36,517 nucleotides of DNA from Anaerolineae bacterium CG2_30_64_16 (GCA_001871755.1 MNXL01000383.1:794-37310); one strand, 5' to 3'; shown: positions 1 to 8,882, numbered from the stretch's first letter. Made by a program: numbers and translations. The notes: generated by a model not told the origin, from the letters alone.

Positions 1-594
1 GGGGTAGGTGAGGTAGAAGTGCAACAGGAGGGGTGGCGCCAGGTAGAGCGCGGTGTTGCTCAGACGGATGCCCCAGACCGGAACCAGCGCGGGGGGCGGG
101 TGGGCCAGGGGAAAGAGCACGCTGACGGCGATGGTCTGCGCCAGCAGGAACGCCAGGCGGACCTCCCACTGGCGAAAGCGCCGCGTCAGCAACAACACGC
201 CGGCGCCCCAGAAGATCAACGCCGCAATCGCGGCGCTGAGCAGGGACGGCAGATTGACCTTGGCCGCCGGCAGCACGGGCAGCTCCAGGGTGAGCAGTTG
301 GCCGCCGCGCTCGACCTCTGCCATCTGATTGCCGACCGCGAGATCGCGCCAACTGACGTATGGCTGGCCATTGACGGTTTGAATGACGTCGCCGGGCAGC
401 AGGCCGGCGTAGTTCCCCACGCTATCCTGCGGCACCTCCAGCACGCGGCCGGTGTGAATGTTCAGTGTGAAATCCAGCCCCGGCGCGCGCAACTGGAAGT
501 AGACATCGTATGCGACCAACGCCGGGACGATCAGCGCCAACGCGCTGAACAGGGCACGCAGCAGCGGTTCCCGCCAACCGATCGCCTGGCTCAT
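1..594 (-). CDS. Membrane protein with PDZ-like segment, N-terminal part only; probable sensor kinase partner of the adjacent response regulator. Runs off the left edge of the window.
   Basis: Absent from the ORF track because it is open at the window edge. Reverse-strand ATG at 594 gives MSQAIGWREPLLRALFSALALIVPALVAY...GLLPGDVIQTVNGQPY...LSAAIAALIFWGAGVLLL. It has several hydrophobic helices. It starts 45 nt downstream of the RR stop on the same strand. Confidence 0.55.
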   Translation of the reverse strand, partial: MSQAIGWREPLLRALFSALALIVPALVAYDVYFQLRAPGLDFTLNIHTGRVLEVPQDSVGNYAGLLPGDVIQTVNGQPYVSWRDLAVGNQMAEVERGGQLLTLELPVLPAAKVNLPSLLSAAIAALIFWGAGVLLLTRRFRQWEVRLAFLLAQTIAVSVLFPLAHPPPALVPVWGIRLSNTALYLAPPLLLHFYLTYP

Positions 595-639
595 CTCGAC
601 CTCTTTCGTCTGCGTATCCTCTCAGCTTTTCGGCATCCC

Positions 640-1302
640 CTACGCAGCATCCTCCCGGCCCACCTCCACCAGCCCGGCCCGGATGGCCAGCAACATCGCC
701 TCGGTGCGAGAGGCCACGCCCAGCTTGCCGTAGACGTTGCTGACGTGGTTCTGCACCGTGCGGGTGGTCACCGTCAATTCGCGGGCGATGGCCGCGTTGT
801 CCAGGCCCTGGGCCAACAGACAAAGCACTTCGCGTTCACGCGGTGTGAGGGGAAGATCGAGCGGCGCGTGGGCAGGCAGCGGCTCGCTGATCGCGCGACG
901 CACGACCTGGCCGGCGACGGCCGGGCTCAGCCAGCACTCCCCCCGCGCCGCGGCCCGCACCGCAGCCACCAGCGTTTCCAGCGCGTCCTCTTTCAGCACG
1001 TACCCGGACGCGCCGGCGTCCAGCAGCCCAAGCACCGTGCCCCGATCATCGTAGACAGTCAGGATCAGGATGGCAGTAGAGAGGGGCTGCGCAGCCAGGC
1101 GCCTGGTGACCTCGAAACCGCTGAGGTCGGGCAGATTGACATCCAACACCAGCACATCGGGGGAGTGTTGCGCGACCAGGCGCAGCGCGTCCGCGCCGCT
1201 GGCCCCCTCGGCCACCACTTCGATCTCGGCCGCGGCGGCCAGGATAGTCCGCAAACCGGCGCGGACAACGGGATGATCGTCTACGATGGCGACGGTGATC
1301 AT
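640..1302 (-). CDS. NarL/FixJ-family response regulator (receiver + LuxR-type HTH)
   Basis: MITVAIVDDHPVVRAGL...DVLVLDVNLPDLSG (receiver with acidic pocket and phospho-Asp context). C-terminal TPREREVLCLLAQGLDNAAIARELTVTTRTVQNHVSNVYGKLGV is a GerE/LuxR HTH. Confidence 0.93.
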   Translation of the reverse strand: MITVAIVDDHPVVRAGLRTILAAAAEIEVVAEGASGADALRLVAQHSPDVLVLDVNLPDLSGFEVTRRLAAQPLSTAILILTVYDDRGTVLGLLDAGASGYVLKEDALETLVAAVRAAARGECWLSPAVAGQVVRRAISEPLPAHAPLDLPLTPREREVLCLLAQGLDNAAIARELTVTTRTVQNHVSNVYGKLGVASRTEAMLLAIRAGLVEVGREDAA

Positions 1303-1491
1303 GGCGGCAGCGACCTGACAGGTAATCGGACTTCAGATGTTGCGTCGGACTTCCACACCACACGGCTATTCTACCACACATTCGGCTGTCTTCTTAATCA
1401 CCTTGCACGCGCAACGCACCTTACCCGCTGGGGCCGGTCTGCGACTGCGCCCCAGGAGGGGAGTCGACACGACAGCATCACCTGTGTCGGC

Positions 1492-1519
1492 TTGACACAC
1501 GCGCAAAATAACCTATACT
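1492..1519 (+). promoter_or_regulatory. sigma70-like promoter for the hybrid regulator gene
   Basis: TTGACA (1492-1497), 16-nt spacer, TATACT (1514-1519). Lies about 48 nt upstream of the ATG at 1567, which has a GAGGAG Shine-Dalgarno. Located in the divergent spacer. Confidence 0.5.
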
Positions 1520-1566
1520 GACACCCGCCACCATTCCATGCCCGTCGTCGATCAGAGGAGATCGAT

Positions 1567-4500
1567 ATGCCTGATCAGATATCCGCTAGCCCGGAACGTC
1601 CTCGGCCTCCCGCTGCGCCCCGAAGTATGGCATCTCCAACCGTCAGGCAGACGCCGGTAGTTGCTGATCCGAACGTTCTTGATCCCAATACGCGTCCGAC
1701 CATCGGGTTGATCATCGCCACGGGCGATGATACCCTGTATCGCAGCGCCCTCGATGTCGCTGATGCGCGCGGGGCCAATCTGATCGCGTTTGTGGGTGGA
1801 CGTCTGCGGGATACGAGGCCGTTCAAGACACATGCCAATGTCGTTTATGACCTGGTGGATCGAGAGCATGTGGATGGCTTGATCGTCAAGACCAGCTCGC
1901 TGTCCAACTATGTCGGCCGCGAAGAGGTTCAGCGTTTCTGTGAAAAATACCGCCCCTTGCCCATCGTCAGTGTGGGCATGGAGCTTGAGGGCATTCCCAG
2001 CGTGACCGTGGATGACTACCAGGGCATCCGCAACGCGGTGCAACACCTGAGCGTAGTGCACGGTCTTCGTCACCTGGCGTTCATCCGAGGGGTGGAAGAA
2101 CATCCATCTGCGGAAGCTCGGCACCGGGCCTTCAGAGAAGCGATGCTGGAATGCGGCCTTGATCTTGACCCAAAGCTCATCTCGCCTCCCAGCGACTGGT
2201 CCGCCCGCAGTGGGGAGAGAGCAGTTCATCTGCTGCTCGACGAACACCAGGCCCGCTTCGACGCCATCCTGGGCTCCTCCGATGATCATGCCTTCGGGGC
2301 TGTTCGCGCGTTGCAGGCACGCGGCCTGCGGGTCCCCGAGGATGTCGCGGTGGTCGGTATCGGCGATTATCAGATCAGCCAGGCCTCATCTCCTCCGCTG
2401 ACGACCATCCGGCTGCGGAGATACCAGCGAGGACGACGCGCGGCCGAGATGTTGCTGGATATGCTGGAAGGACGATCAGTACCGGACCGCGTGCGCTTAC
2501 CGACCACCATGGTCGTGCGGCGGTCCTGCGGCTGCCTCGAACCGACGCTGGTACAGGCGGCTGCAGTGCCGACGCAAATGAAATCCGCTGTCGTGAGTCT
2601 GAGGGACGTACTGCTCGGCACGGGACGCGAGCAGGTATTGCGAGAAATGGCGGAGCAGGTGAGTGTTCCCCAAGCCGCTCGCGCGTGGGCAGGTCAGCTC
2701 ATGGATGCCTTCTATGCCGAGCTTGTCGCAAATCGCGAGCCAGACGCGACCGGCGCGTTCCTGACCCTATTGGGGAGGGCCCTGAGCGAGATCTCTGCCG
2801 CAGGCAGCGAGGTGGGCTACTGGCAGGGGATGATCTCGGTTCTGCGTTCCTATGTATTGGCCTCCCTGCGCGATGACAGTCGTCTGCTGGCCCGTGCCGA
2901 ACGCCTGTGGGAACAGGCCAGGGTGATGATCGGAGAACGGGCCCAACAAGCGTACGCGCGCCAGATATGGCAGGCAGAGCAATGGATGGACGGCCTGCTC
3001 AAGATCAACCAGGCGCTGACCGCAGTCAACAGCTTGCCGGAGCTGACGGACGTGCTGGCGCGGGAACTGCCGGCCATGGGCATTCCAGGCTGTTGGCTCT
3101 CCTTCTATGAAGATGCTGATACGCTGACAGGGCGGTCCAGGCTGCTGCTGGCCTACGACGGCTCGGGACGGATCGAGCCAAATGCCGAAGCGCGGCTGTT
3201 CCCGTCCCCCAAGTTGATGCCAGACGGGTTGCTGCCGACCGGGAGGCGATATCGCCTGGTGGTCGAGTCGCTCCATTTTCAACATGAGCGCCTGGGCTTC
3301 GTCGTGTTCGAGGCCGGACCGGGGAGCGGCCTGGTGTACGACGTGCTGGGCCAGCAGATCAGTACCGCCCTCAAGAGCGCTTCGCTCGTCGTCGAAAGAA
3401 CTCAGCTCTACCACAAGGCCCTACAAGCACAAGCGGAGGCCGAAGAAGCAAATCGCCTGAAAAGTCGGTTCCTCTCCACGGTCAGTCACGAGCTGCTCAC
3501 GCCCCTGAGCCTGGTGACAGGTCTGAGTGCGATGTTGCTGCAGAAGACCTCGGCCGATGCGTTGCCTTTGCCCAAGCCCTACCGCCACGATCTGGCCCGC
3601 ATCCATGCCAGCGCCCGACATCTCCACGGCCTGATTCGAGACGTGCTTGACCTGGGCCGCAGCCAGGTGGGACAGCTCAAACTGGTGCGGAAACCACTCA
3701 GGCTGAGCGAGGTCGTCAATGCGGTATCCTTGATCGGCGAGCAGATGGCGCGAGAAAGGGGACTGATCTGGCAAGTCAAGGCGCCCGAGCAACTGCCGTG
3801 GATCTCGGGGGACCGGACGCGGTTGCAGCAAGTCGTGTTGAACCTGGTGAGCAACGCTATCAAGTTCACCGAACAGGGCACGGTAGGGCTCAGGATCGAG
3901 GCCGGGGCAGAGCAGGTGGTCGTCCAGGTCTATGACACAGGACTGGGGGTGCCGAAAGAGGAGCGGGAAGCGATCTTCGACGAGTTCCGGCAGTCAGAGC
4001 GCACGGCCGCGCGCGGGTACGGCGGCCTGGGCATCGGACTGGCGCTCTGCCGGCAATTGGTCGAGCTGCACGGGGGGACGATGGGCGTGTGCTCATCGGG
4101 GGAAGAGGGGGCGGGTTCGACCTTCTTCTTCACCCTGCCCACGATCCAGATCGAAGCGATCGCGGAGTCCGGCGAAGGCATACGTTCCCAGGCGCTGCTG
4201 TTGACCCGTCCCACCAGCGCGGGAACGCATCTACTGGAACATCTGACGCAAGCCGGGCTGGCGGTGCGGGTCATAGATGTGGAGAAGACCCAGGACTGGG
4301 TTTCTCGGGTACTGGCGTCTCCGCCCGGCGCGGTGGTGCTGGATTTTGAGCCGGCTGGGGAACAGGGCTGGAAACTGATGGAAGCCCTCCGGGACCACCC
4401 GGCGACAGAGGACATCCCGGTGCTGTTCTACTCGTTGCCGGAAGGCCAGGATAGGGGCGCGGTGTGGGCCCTGGATTATCTCGCCAAACCACTGGACAAC

Positions 4501-5280
4501 TCGGCGCTGGTGCGTGCGCTGGAGCGTCTGGGATTGGTTTCTGCCGACGAGTCAACAAAAAGGACGATCCTGGTGGTGGATGACGAGCCGCAGATCCTGG
4601 AGATGCATGCCCGCCTGATAGAGACACAGTCACCGGGTACCCAGGTGCTCAGGGCCGCCAATGGGCGGGAAGCCCTGGCGATGATGGAAAGAGAGCAGCC
4701 AGACCTGGTACTGCTGGATCTGATGATGCCCGAGCTGGATGGATTTGGCGTGCTGAAGGCCATGCGTGAACGTGAGCCGACCCGAGAAGTCCCGGTCATC
4801 GTACTGACAGCGCGGGCCCTGACCGAGGAGGACATGGCGCGCCTGAATCGAGGTGTCGAGACCGTGCTGAAGAAAGGGATGTTCAGCGCGGAGGAGACCC
4901 TGGCGCACATAACCGAAGCGCTGACCCGGAGCAAGCATCTGCGCGGCGAGACTCGATGGCTGGTTCGCAAGGCCATGGCCTACGTTCACGAACACTTTGC
5001 CGAGCCGCTCTCCTGCCAGGACATTGCCCGACACGTCAGCGTGAGCGCAAGCCATTTGACCCGCTGCTTCCGCATGGAAACCGGGCTGACGCCTGTGGCC
5101 TACCTCAACCGCTATCGTCTCCAGCAAGCCAAGGAATTGCTGAAGGTCACGGACGGCAATATCACCGAGATAGCCATGAAGGTTGGGTTCTCGGACGGCA
5201 GCTACTTTGCCCGCTCATTTCGACGCGAGGAAGGGATGTCGCCCAGCGACTACCGGCGTGGTGAACCTCGCCCCTCCTGA
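1567..5280 (+). CDS. Soluble multi-domain regulator: LacI-type (PBP1) sugar-binding core / GAF-like region / HisKA + HATPase_c / degenerate receiver / receiver / AraC-type HTH
   Basis: PBP1 core at aa ~45-320 (HLAFIRG, DAILGSSDDHAFGAVRALQARGLRVPEDVAVVGIGD) with no LacI HTH. H-box STVSHELLTPL (His641). N/G boxes NLVSNAIKFT, DTGLGV, GLGIGLALCRQLVELHGG. Receiver ILVVDDEP...LVLLDLMMPELDG...VIVLTA. C-terminal AraC HTH (LSCQDIARHVSVSASHLTRCFR...ITEIAMKVGFSDGSYFARSFRR). No hydrophobic TM segment seen. Confidence 0.9.
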   Translation: MPDQISASPERPRPPAAPRSMASPTVRQTPVVADPNVLDPNTRPTIGLIIATGDDTLYRSALDVADARGANLIAFVGGRLRDTRPFKTHANVVYDLVDREHVDGLIVKTSSLSNYVGREEVQRFCEKYRPLPIVSVGMELEGIPSVTVDDYQGIRNAVQHLSVVHGLRHLAFIRGVEEHPSAEARHRAFREAMLECGLDLDPKLISPPSDWSARSGERAVHLLLDEHQARFDAILGSSDDHAFGAVRALQARGLRVPEDVAVVGIGDYQISQASSPPLTTIRLRRYQRGRRAAEMLLDMLEGRSVPDRVRLPTTMVVRRSCGCLEPTLVQAAAVPTQMKSAVVSLRDVLLGTGREQVLREMAEQVSVPQAARAWAGQLMDAFYAELVANREPDATGAFLTLLGRALSEISAAGSEVGYWQGMISVLRSYVLASLRDDSRLLARAERLWEQARVMIGERAQQAYARQIWQAEQWMDGLLKINQALTAVNSLPELTDVLARELPAMGIPGCWLSFYEDADTLTGRSRLLLAYDGSGRIEPNAEARLFPSPKLMPDGLLPTGRRYRLVVESLHFQHERLGFVVFEAGPGSGLVYDVLGQQISTALKSASLVVERTQLYHKALQAQAEAEEANRLKSRFLSTVSHELLTPLSLVTGLSAMLLQKTSADALPLPKPYRHDLARIHASARHLHGLIRDVLDLGRSQVGQLKLVRKPLRLSEVVNAVSLIGEQMARERGLIWQVKAPEQLPWISGDRTRLQQVVLNLVSNAIKFTEQGTVGLRIEAGAEQVVVQVYDTGLGVPKEEREAIFDEFRQSERTAARGYGGLGIGLALCRQLVELHGGTMGVCSSGEEGAGSTFFFTLPTIQIEAIAESGEGIRSQALLLTRPTSAGTHLLEHLTQAGLAVRVIDVEKTQDWVSRVLASPPGAVVLDFEPAGEQGWKLMEALRDHPATEDIPVLFYSLPEGQDRGAVWALDYLAKPLDNSALVRALERLGLVSADESTKRTILVVDDEPQILEMHARLIETQSPGTQVLRAANGREALAMMEREQPDLVLLDLMMPELDGFGVLKAMREREPTREVPVIVLTARALTEEDMARLNRGVETVLKKGMFSAEETLAHITEALTRSKHLRGETRWLVRKAMAYVHEHFAEPLSCQDIARHVSVSASHLTRCFRMETGLTPVAYLNRYRLQQAKELLKVTDGNITEIAMKVGFSDGSYFARSFRREEGMSPSDYRRGEPRPS

Positions 5281-5561
5281 GCCCCCTCGTACTCGACTCC
5301 GCATCCGATTCCTGCTTCCGCGACCTGCGGGATCTGCTCGACCAACACACCGGGGTACCGACGAGCATTGCGAGGGCGATAGCCCGAAGCAATCCTTTTT
5401 TGATCGCGGTCGTGATTACGGTTGCGATTGCGGTCGTAAGAGGATTGCGGCGCAACCTGCGCTTCGCAAGAAAACGCTCGCAATGGCGCCGTGAAAGACT
5501 CTCGCGATGAACACGAATGTTGTAGGGTAATACTATACTATAAATCGCAGCGCCTCTCGCC

Positions 5562-5624
5562 ACGTGCCAGGCACTTTCAAGCGATCAAGGGTCGCCGACC
5601 GTAAGTTGCCAGTGCCTGGCACGT
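5562..5624. repeat. REP-like palindromic element, GTGCCAGGCAC family (copy 1)
   Basis: Perfect 14-bp arms ACGTGCCAGGCACT (5562-5575) and AGTGCCTGGCACGT (5611-5624) with a 35-nt spacer. The same core recurs at 35320-35351 and 36438-36470. Confidence 0.65.
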
Positions 5625-5882
5625 CAGCGTCTGACACGCCAGGTCCGGAGAATCGAGAAGATACGAGCTCGCGCGGCAGTTCGCACGCCAAAAGATGCGC
5701 GAAAGATACGCCAAGATGCTCGAAAAGTACCTGACGCGCCTGCTCGGAAAAGGATATGATAAGAGGGTTCCACGATCCGTTTGACGCGAAGTTGGTCCTG
5801 AACGATTCTCGAAGCAGCGCCCGGGCCGCCTCTAGCACTGGGCAGCAGGTACAATTCTCAACATGATGCAGGGTGGTAGCCG

Positions 5883-6254
5883 ATGACAGAAGCTCTGTTG
5901 CTTGTGGGAAACGACATGAACATCCTCTACTTGCTGCGACGCTACGCGGAGGAAAGCCGATTCGACACTACCTGCCTGAGTCCGGGCGAGGACGCGGTGG
6001 CCGTGGCCCAGCAAATCAAGCCGGCGGCCATCATCCTGCAGGCTGAGCTCCTCCGGGAACAGGACGTGCTGAGTCGCCTGAAGAAGAGTGCCGCCACGCG
6101 CAGCATACCGGTCGTCTCATATGTCGGCCTGATCGAGGAAACCAGTCAACCCATGGTTGGGGTGGCCGGCTGTCTGTGCGATCCGGTATCGTACGGTGAC
6201 TTTTTGGCCGCTTTGGAGAACATCGGCATATCACCCGGCGGCCTGTCGCCGTGA
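5883..6254 (+). CDS. Stand-alone receiver-like (pseudo-receiver) protein
   Basis: 123 aa with a CheY-like beta/alpha pattern (LLLVGND...AAIILQAEL...IPVVSYVG...CLCDP). The expected phospho-acceptor Asp position reads Q/E and the conserved Lys-Pro reads Asp-Pro. Confidence 0.5.
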   Translation: MTEALLLVGNDMNILYLLRRYAEESRFDTTCLSPGEDAVAVAQQIKPAAIILQAELLREQDVLSRLKKSAATRSIPVVSYVGLIEETSQPMVGVAGCLCDPVSYGDFLAALENIGISPGGLSP

Positions 6255-6458
6255 CCACAGAGAGCCGCGACTACTCCAGGCCGAGGGCTGAGGCAAGGGC
6301 TGCCGCGCCGGAAGCGGCTTCGGAAGCTGTCGGAGAGGTCTGCACAAGGGAGAGGAGGTGAGGTGTATCGGATTCGATCCGGTTCGGCGTTGCTGTCGCT
6401 CTGCCTGAGGCGTGTCAATCGCGTTCGTTCAGAGCAGGATCATTCAAGGAGGAAAACC

Positions 6459-8501
6459 ATGAGAGGCAAACTTTGGAGCATTCTGGGAGCCGTGATCGTA
6501 CTGGCTATGGTGATCACGGCCTGCGCCACACCTACCTCCCAGACGGTGGAAAAACAGGTCCCGGTCACCGTCGAGGTCGAGAAAGCTGTCCCGGTCACCG
6601 TCGAGGTAGAGAAAGCTGTCCCGGTCACCGTCGAGGTGCAAAAGGTCGTTGAGGTCACGCCCGAGGTAGCCAGGGAAGCCCCAATGCTGGCCGAGCTGGT
6701 GAAGGGGGGAAAACTGCCGCCAGTGGCGGAACGGCTCCCCGAAAAACCGCTCGTCATCGAGCCTGTGGATTCGCTGGGAGAATATGGCGGGAGCCTGTAC
6801 ACGGCGATTCGCGGCGCCGCGGAAGAATCCTACCTCCGCACCTCGTTCTGGTACGATCACCTGGTGAAGTGGAACAGGGAAGGAAATCAGGTGATTCCCA
6901 ACCTGGCCGAGTCCTGGGAAGCCAGCCCTGACGCCACGGAATACACCTTCCATCTGCGCAAGGGGCTCAAGTGGTCTGACGGCGCTCCCCTGACCGCCGA
7001 CCACTTTGTCTTCACCATTGACGACATCTTCAAGAACGAGCTGCTCCCGGAGGCGCCGACCTTCTTGATCAAAAGCGGCGACTGGGGCATCACGAAAGTC
7101 GACGACTACACCTTCACCCTGTGGTTCGAGAAGCCCAACGCCTTCATCTTGAAAAAGATGGCCACGACCGAGGGGGATAACATGCTGCAGTTCCCCTCCC
7201 ATTACATGCAGCAGTTCCACATCAAGCACAACTCCGATGCGGACAAGCAAGCCAAAGAACAGGGCTTTCCTGACTGGGTCGGCCTGTTCAACGCCAAGTC
7301 CGATCCGATGGGAGACAACCCGGATCTGCCCGTTGTCCTGGCGTGGAAGCCGGTGACAGCATTGGGCGCGGCGACCACTCAGTTCGTCATGGAGCGCAAT
7401 CCCTACTACTGGAAGGTGGACCCAGAAGGACGACAGCTCCCCTACATCGACAAGATCGTGTTCTGGATCTACGACGACATCGAGCCCATGGTACTGAAAG
7501 CCCTGAACGGCGAGATCGATCTCATGGATCGCCGCATCAATACGGTAGATAACAAGGCGCTGTTCGCCGACAGTCAAGCCACCGGCAACTACCACTTCAT
7601 CGATGTCCAGGAGACCAGCAGCAACTGGACGCGCATCACCTTCAATCTGACCGTCAACGACCTGGTGTTGCGCGAGGTCTTGCGCAACAAGAACTTCCGC
7701 ATGGCGATGTCCCACGCCATCGATCGGCAGGCGATCATCGATGTGCTCTACGTCGGGCAGGCCGAACCGTGGCAGATCGCCCCCCGCAAAGGTTCGGGCT
7801 TCTACAACGAGCAGTTGGCCAAGCAGTACACCGAGTATGACCTCGAAAAGGCCAAGGCACTGCTCGACGAAATGGGGCTGGTGGACAAGGACGGGGATGG
7901 CTGGCGCGAAGCGCCGGGCAGTGATACGGAAGACTTCACCTTCGCGGTGGTCACCCGATCGGACAAGGTGTGGATGAACGACACCATGGAAATGGTCATC
8001 CCCATGTGGCAGGCTGTGGGCGTCCACGCGGTCAACCGGCCGGTGGAAAAATCCCTCCAGCGCGAGCTGCGGAACACAAATCGGCACGAGGCCATCATTG
8101 ACGATGGCGAATCTGGCTGGATCGATGCCTCTTGGAATCCGAGGACCTGGTTGCCACTGGACGATGACTCCTCCTGGGGCATCGCCTGGTACAACTGGTA
8201 CTACGATTTGGAAGGGGACAAGGAGGAGCCCATCGAGCCCTTCAAGACCGGCCTCGAGTTGTGGGACCAGGCCCAGACCACCGGCGATGTCGCGGAGCAG
8301 GAGCGCCTGCTGACAGAGATCCTGCAGATGGCCGCGGACTACTTCATCGATCTCGGCATCGCGCTCCCGAGACCGGGTTACGGCATTGTCAGCAACGACC
8401 TGTACAACGTGCCGAATTCCTACATGGGTGGTTGGGATTTCTGCAATCCCGGCGCCCAGGACATCAGCCAGTTCTACTTCGTGGGCGGAAAGAGAAAGTA
8501 G
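6459..8501 (+). CDS. ABC transporter substrate-binding lipoprotein, family 5 (peptide/oligosaccharide type)
   Basis: The start was moved from 6363 to the ATG at 6459, which has AAGGAGG 6 nt upstream. Signal peptide plus lipobox: MRGKLWSILGAVIVLAMVITAC. SBP_bac_5 signature region LAESWEASPDATEYTFHLRKGLKWSDGAPLTADHFVFT. Confidence 0.9.
   Translation: MRGKLWSILGAVIVLAMVITACATPTSQTVEKQVPVTVEVEKAVPVTVEVEKAVPVTVEVQKVVEVTPEVAREAPMLAELVKGGKLPPVAERLPEKPLVIEPVDSLGEYGGSLYTAIRGAAEESYLRTSFWYDHLVKWNREGNQVIPNLAESWEASPDATEYTFHLRKGLKWSDGAPLTADHFVFTIDDIFKNELLPEAPTFLIKSGDWGITKVDDYTFTLWFEKPNAFILKKMATTEGDNMLQFPSHYMQQFHIKHNSDADKQAKEQGFPDWVGLFNAKSDPMGDNPDLPVVLAWKPVTALGAATTQFVMERNPYYWKVDPEGRQLPYIDKIVFWIYDDIEPMVLKALNGEIDLMDRRINTVDNKALFADSQATGNYHFIDVQETSSNWTRITFNLTVNDLVLREVLRNKNFRMAMSHAIDRQAIIDVLYVGQAEPWQIAPRKGSGFYNEQLAKQYTEYDLEKAKALLDEMGLVDKDGDGWREAPGSDTEDFTFAVVTRSDKVWMNDTMEMVIPMWQAVGVHAVNRPVEKSLQRELRNTNRHEAIIDDGESGWIDASWNPRTWLPLDDDSSWGIAWYNWYYDLEGDKEEPIEPFKTGLELWDQAQTTGDVAEQERLLTEILQMAADYFIDLGIALPRPGYGIVSNDLYNVPNSYMGGWDFCNPGAQDISQFYFVGGKRK
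6558..6647 (+). repeat. 3 x 30-bp tandem repeat encoding the (VPVTVEVEKA)3 linker of the SBP
   Basis: GTCCCGGTCACCGTCGAGGTCGAGAAAGCT repeated at 6558, 6588 and 6618. The third copy is diverged at its 3' end. Confidence 0.9.
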
Positions 8502-8509
8502 TCCCATTG

Positions 8510-8550
8510 CTCAATCTCCACACGGGTCCCAGGCCCGTGTGGAGATTGAG
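8510..8550 (+). terminator. Strong hairpin directly after the SBP gene (attenuator or mRNA-stabilising stem; no T-tract)
   Basis: Perfect 17-bp arms CTCAATCTCCACACGGG / CCCGTGTGGAGATTGAG with a 7-nt loop, 9 nt after the stop at 8501. Confidence 0.55.
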
Positions 8551-8647
8551 TCTGGCATGAGTCAATCGGGACGAAACCATGATAGCGCCCAGCCGGGCGG
8601 AGTCAAGGCTTCAGCCGGGCCGCCCAAAGGCTGGACTCCCCTGCCTT

Positions 8648-8882
8648 AGCTGAGCAGTGGGCTGATGAAAATTGACCCGGACAGGCGATTTTCCTGGACA
8701 GCCCCAATGTCGTTTTTGTTCCCTGCCACGCGCAATCTTCGCTAGCCAGCGGCCTGTTGTGCAGCAGTTTTGCACGTAATTGTGCGATTTGGCACTCGCA
8801 CGCGCAGAGTGCTAGCGGAACAAAAACGGGATCACCAGAAATAGACCGCCCGTTCGACTTTTCATCAGCCCAGCTGAGCAGT
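8648..8882. mobile_element. MITE-like non-coding element (213 bp) with terminal inverted repeats and an 11-bp flanking direct repeat
   Basis: TIR GGGCTGATGAAAA (8659-8671) / TTTTCATCAGCCC (8859-8871). Inner inverted pair CGTTTTTGTTCC (8711-8722) / GGAACAAAAACG (8817-8828). Identical AGCTGAGCAGT at 8648-8658 and 8872-8882. Confidence 0.45.

Noticed and set aside
19-1521. 500-aa plus-strand ORF covering the left end
   Set aside because: It is antisense to two well-supported minus-strand genes (the PDZ-containing membrane protein and the NarL-type regulator). The translation is Arg/Gln/Gly-rich with no recognisable motifs, a typical high-GC shadow ORF.
5533-5838. 101-aa minus-strand ORF in the repeat-rich spacer
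   Set aside because: Its 3' third is the translation of the GTGCCAGGCAC palindrome. The remainder has no recognisable family and no SD. It could be a gene fragment, but that is not supportable from sequence alone.
6444-8507. 687-aa minus-strand ORF
   Set aside because: Exactly antisense to the family-5 SBP gene. No motifs and a His/Val/Gly-rich shadow composition.
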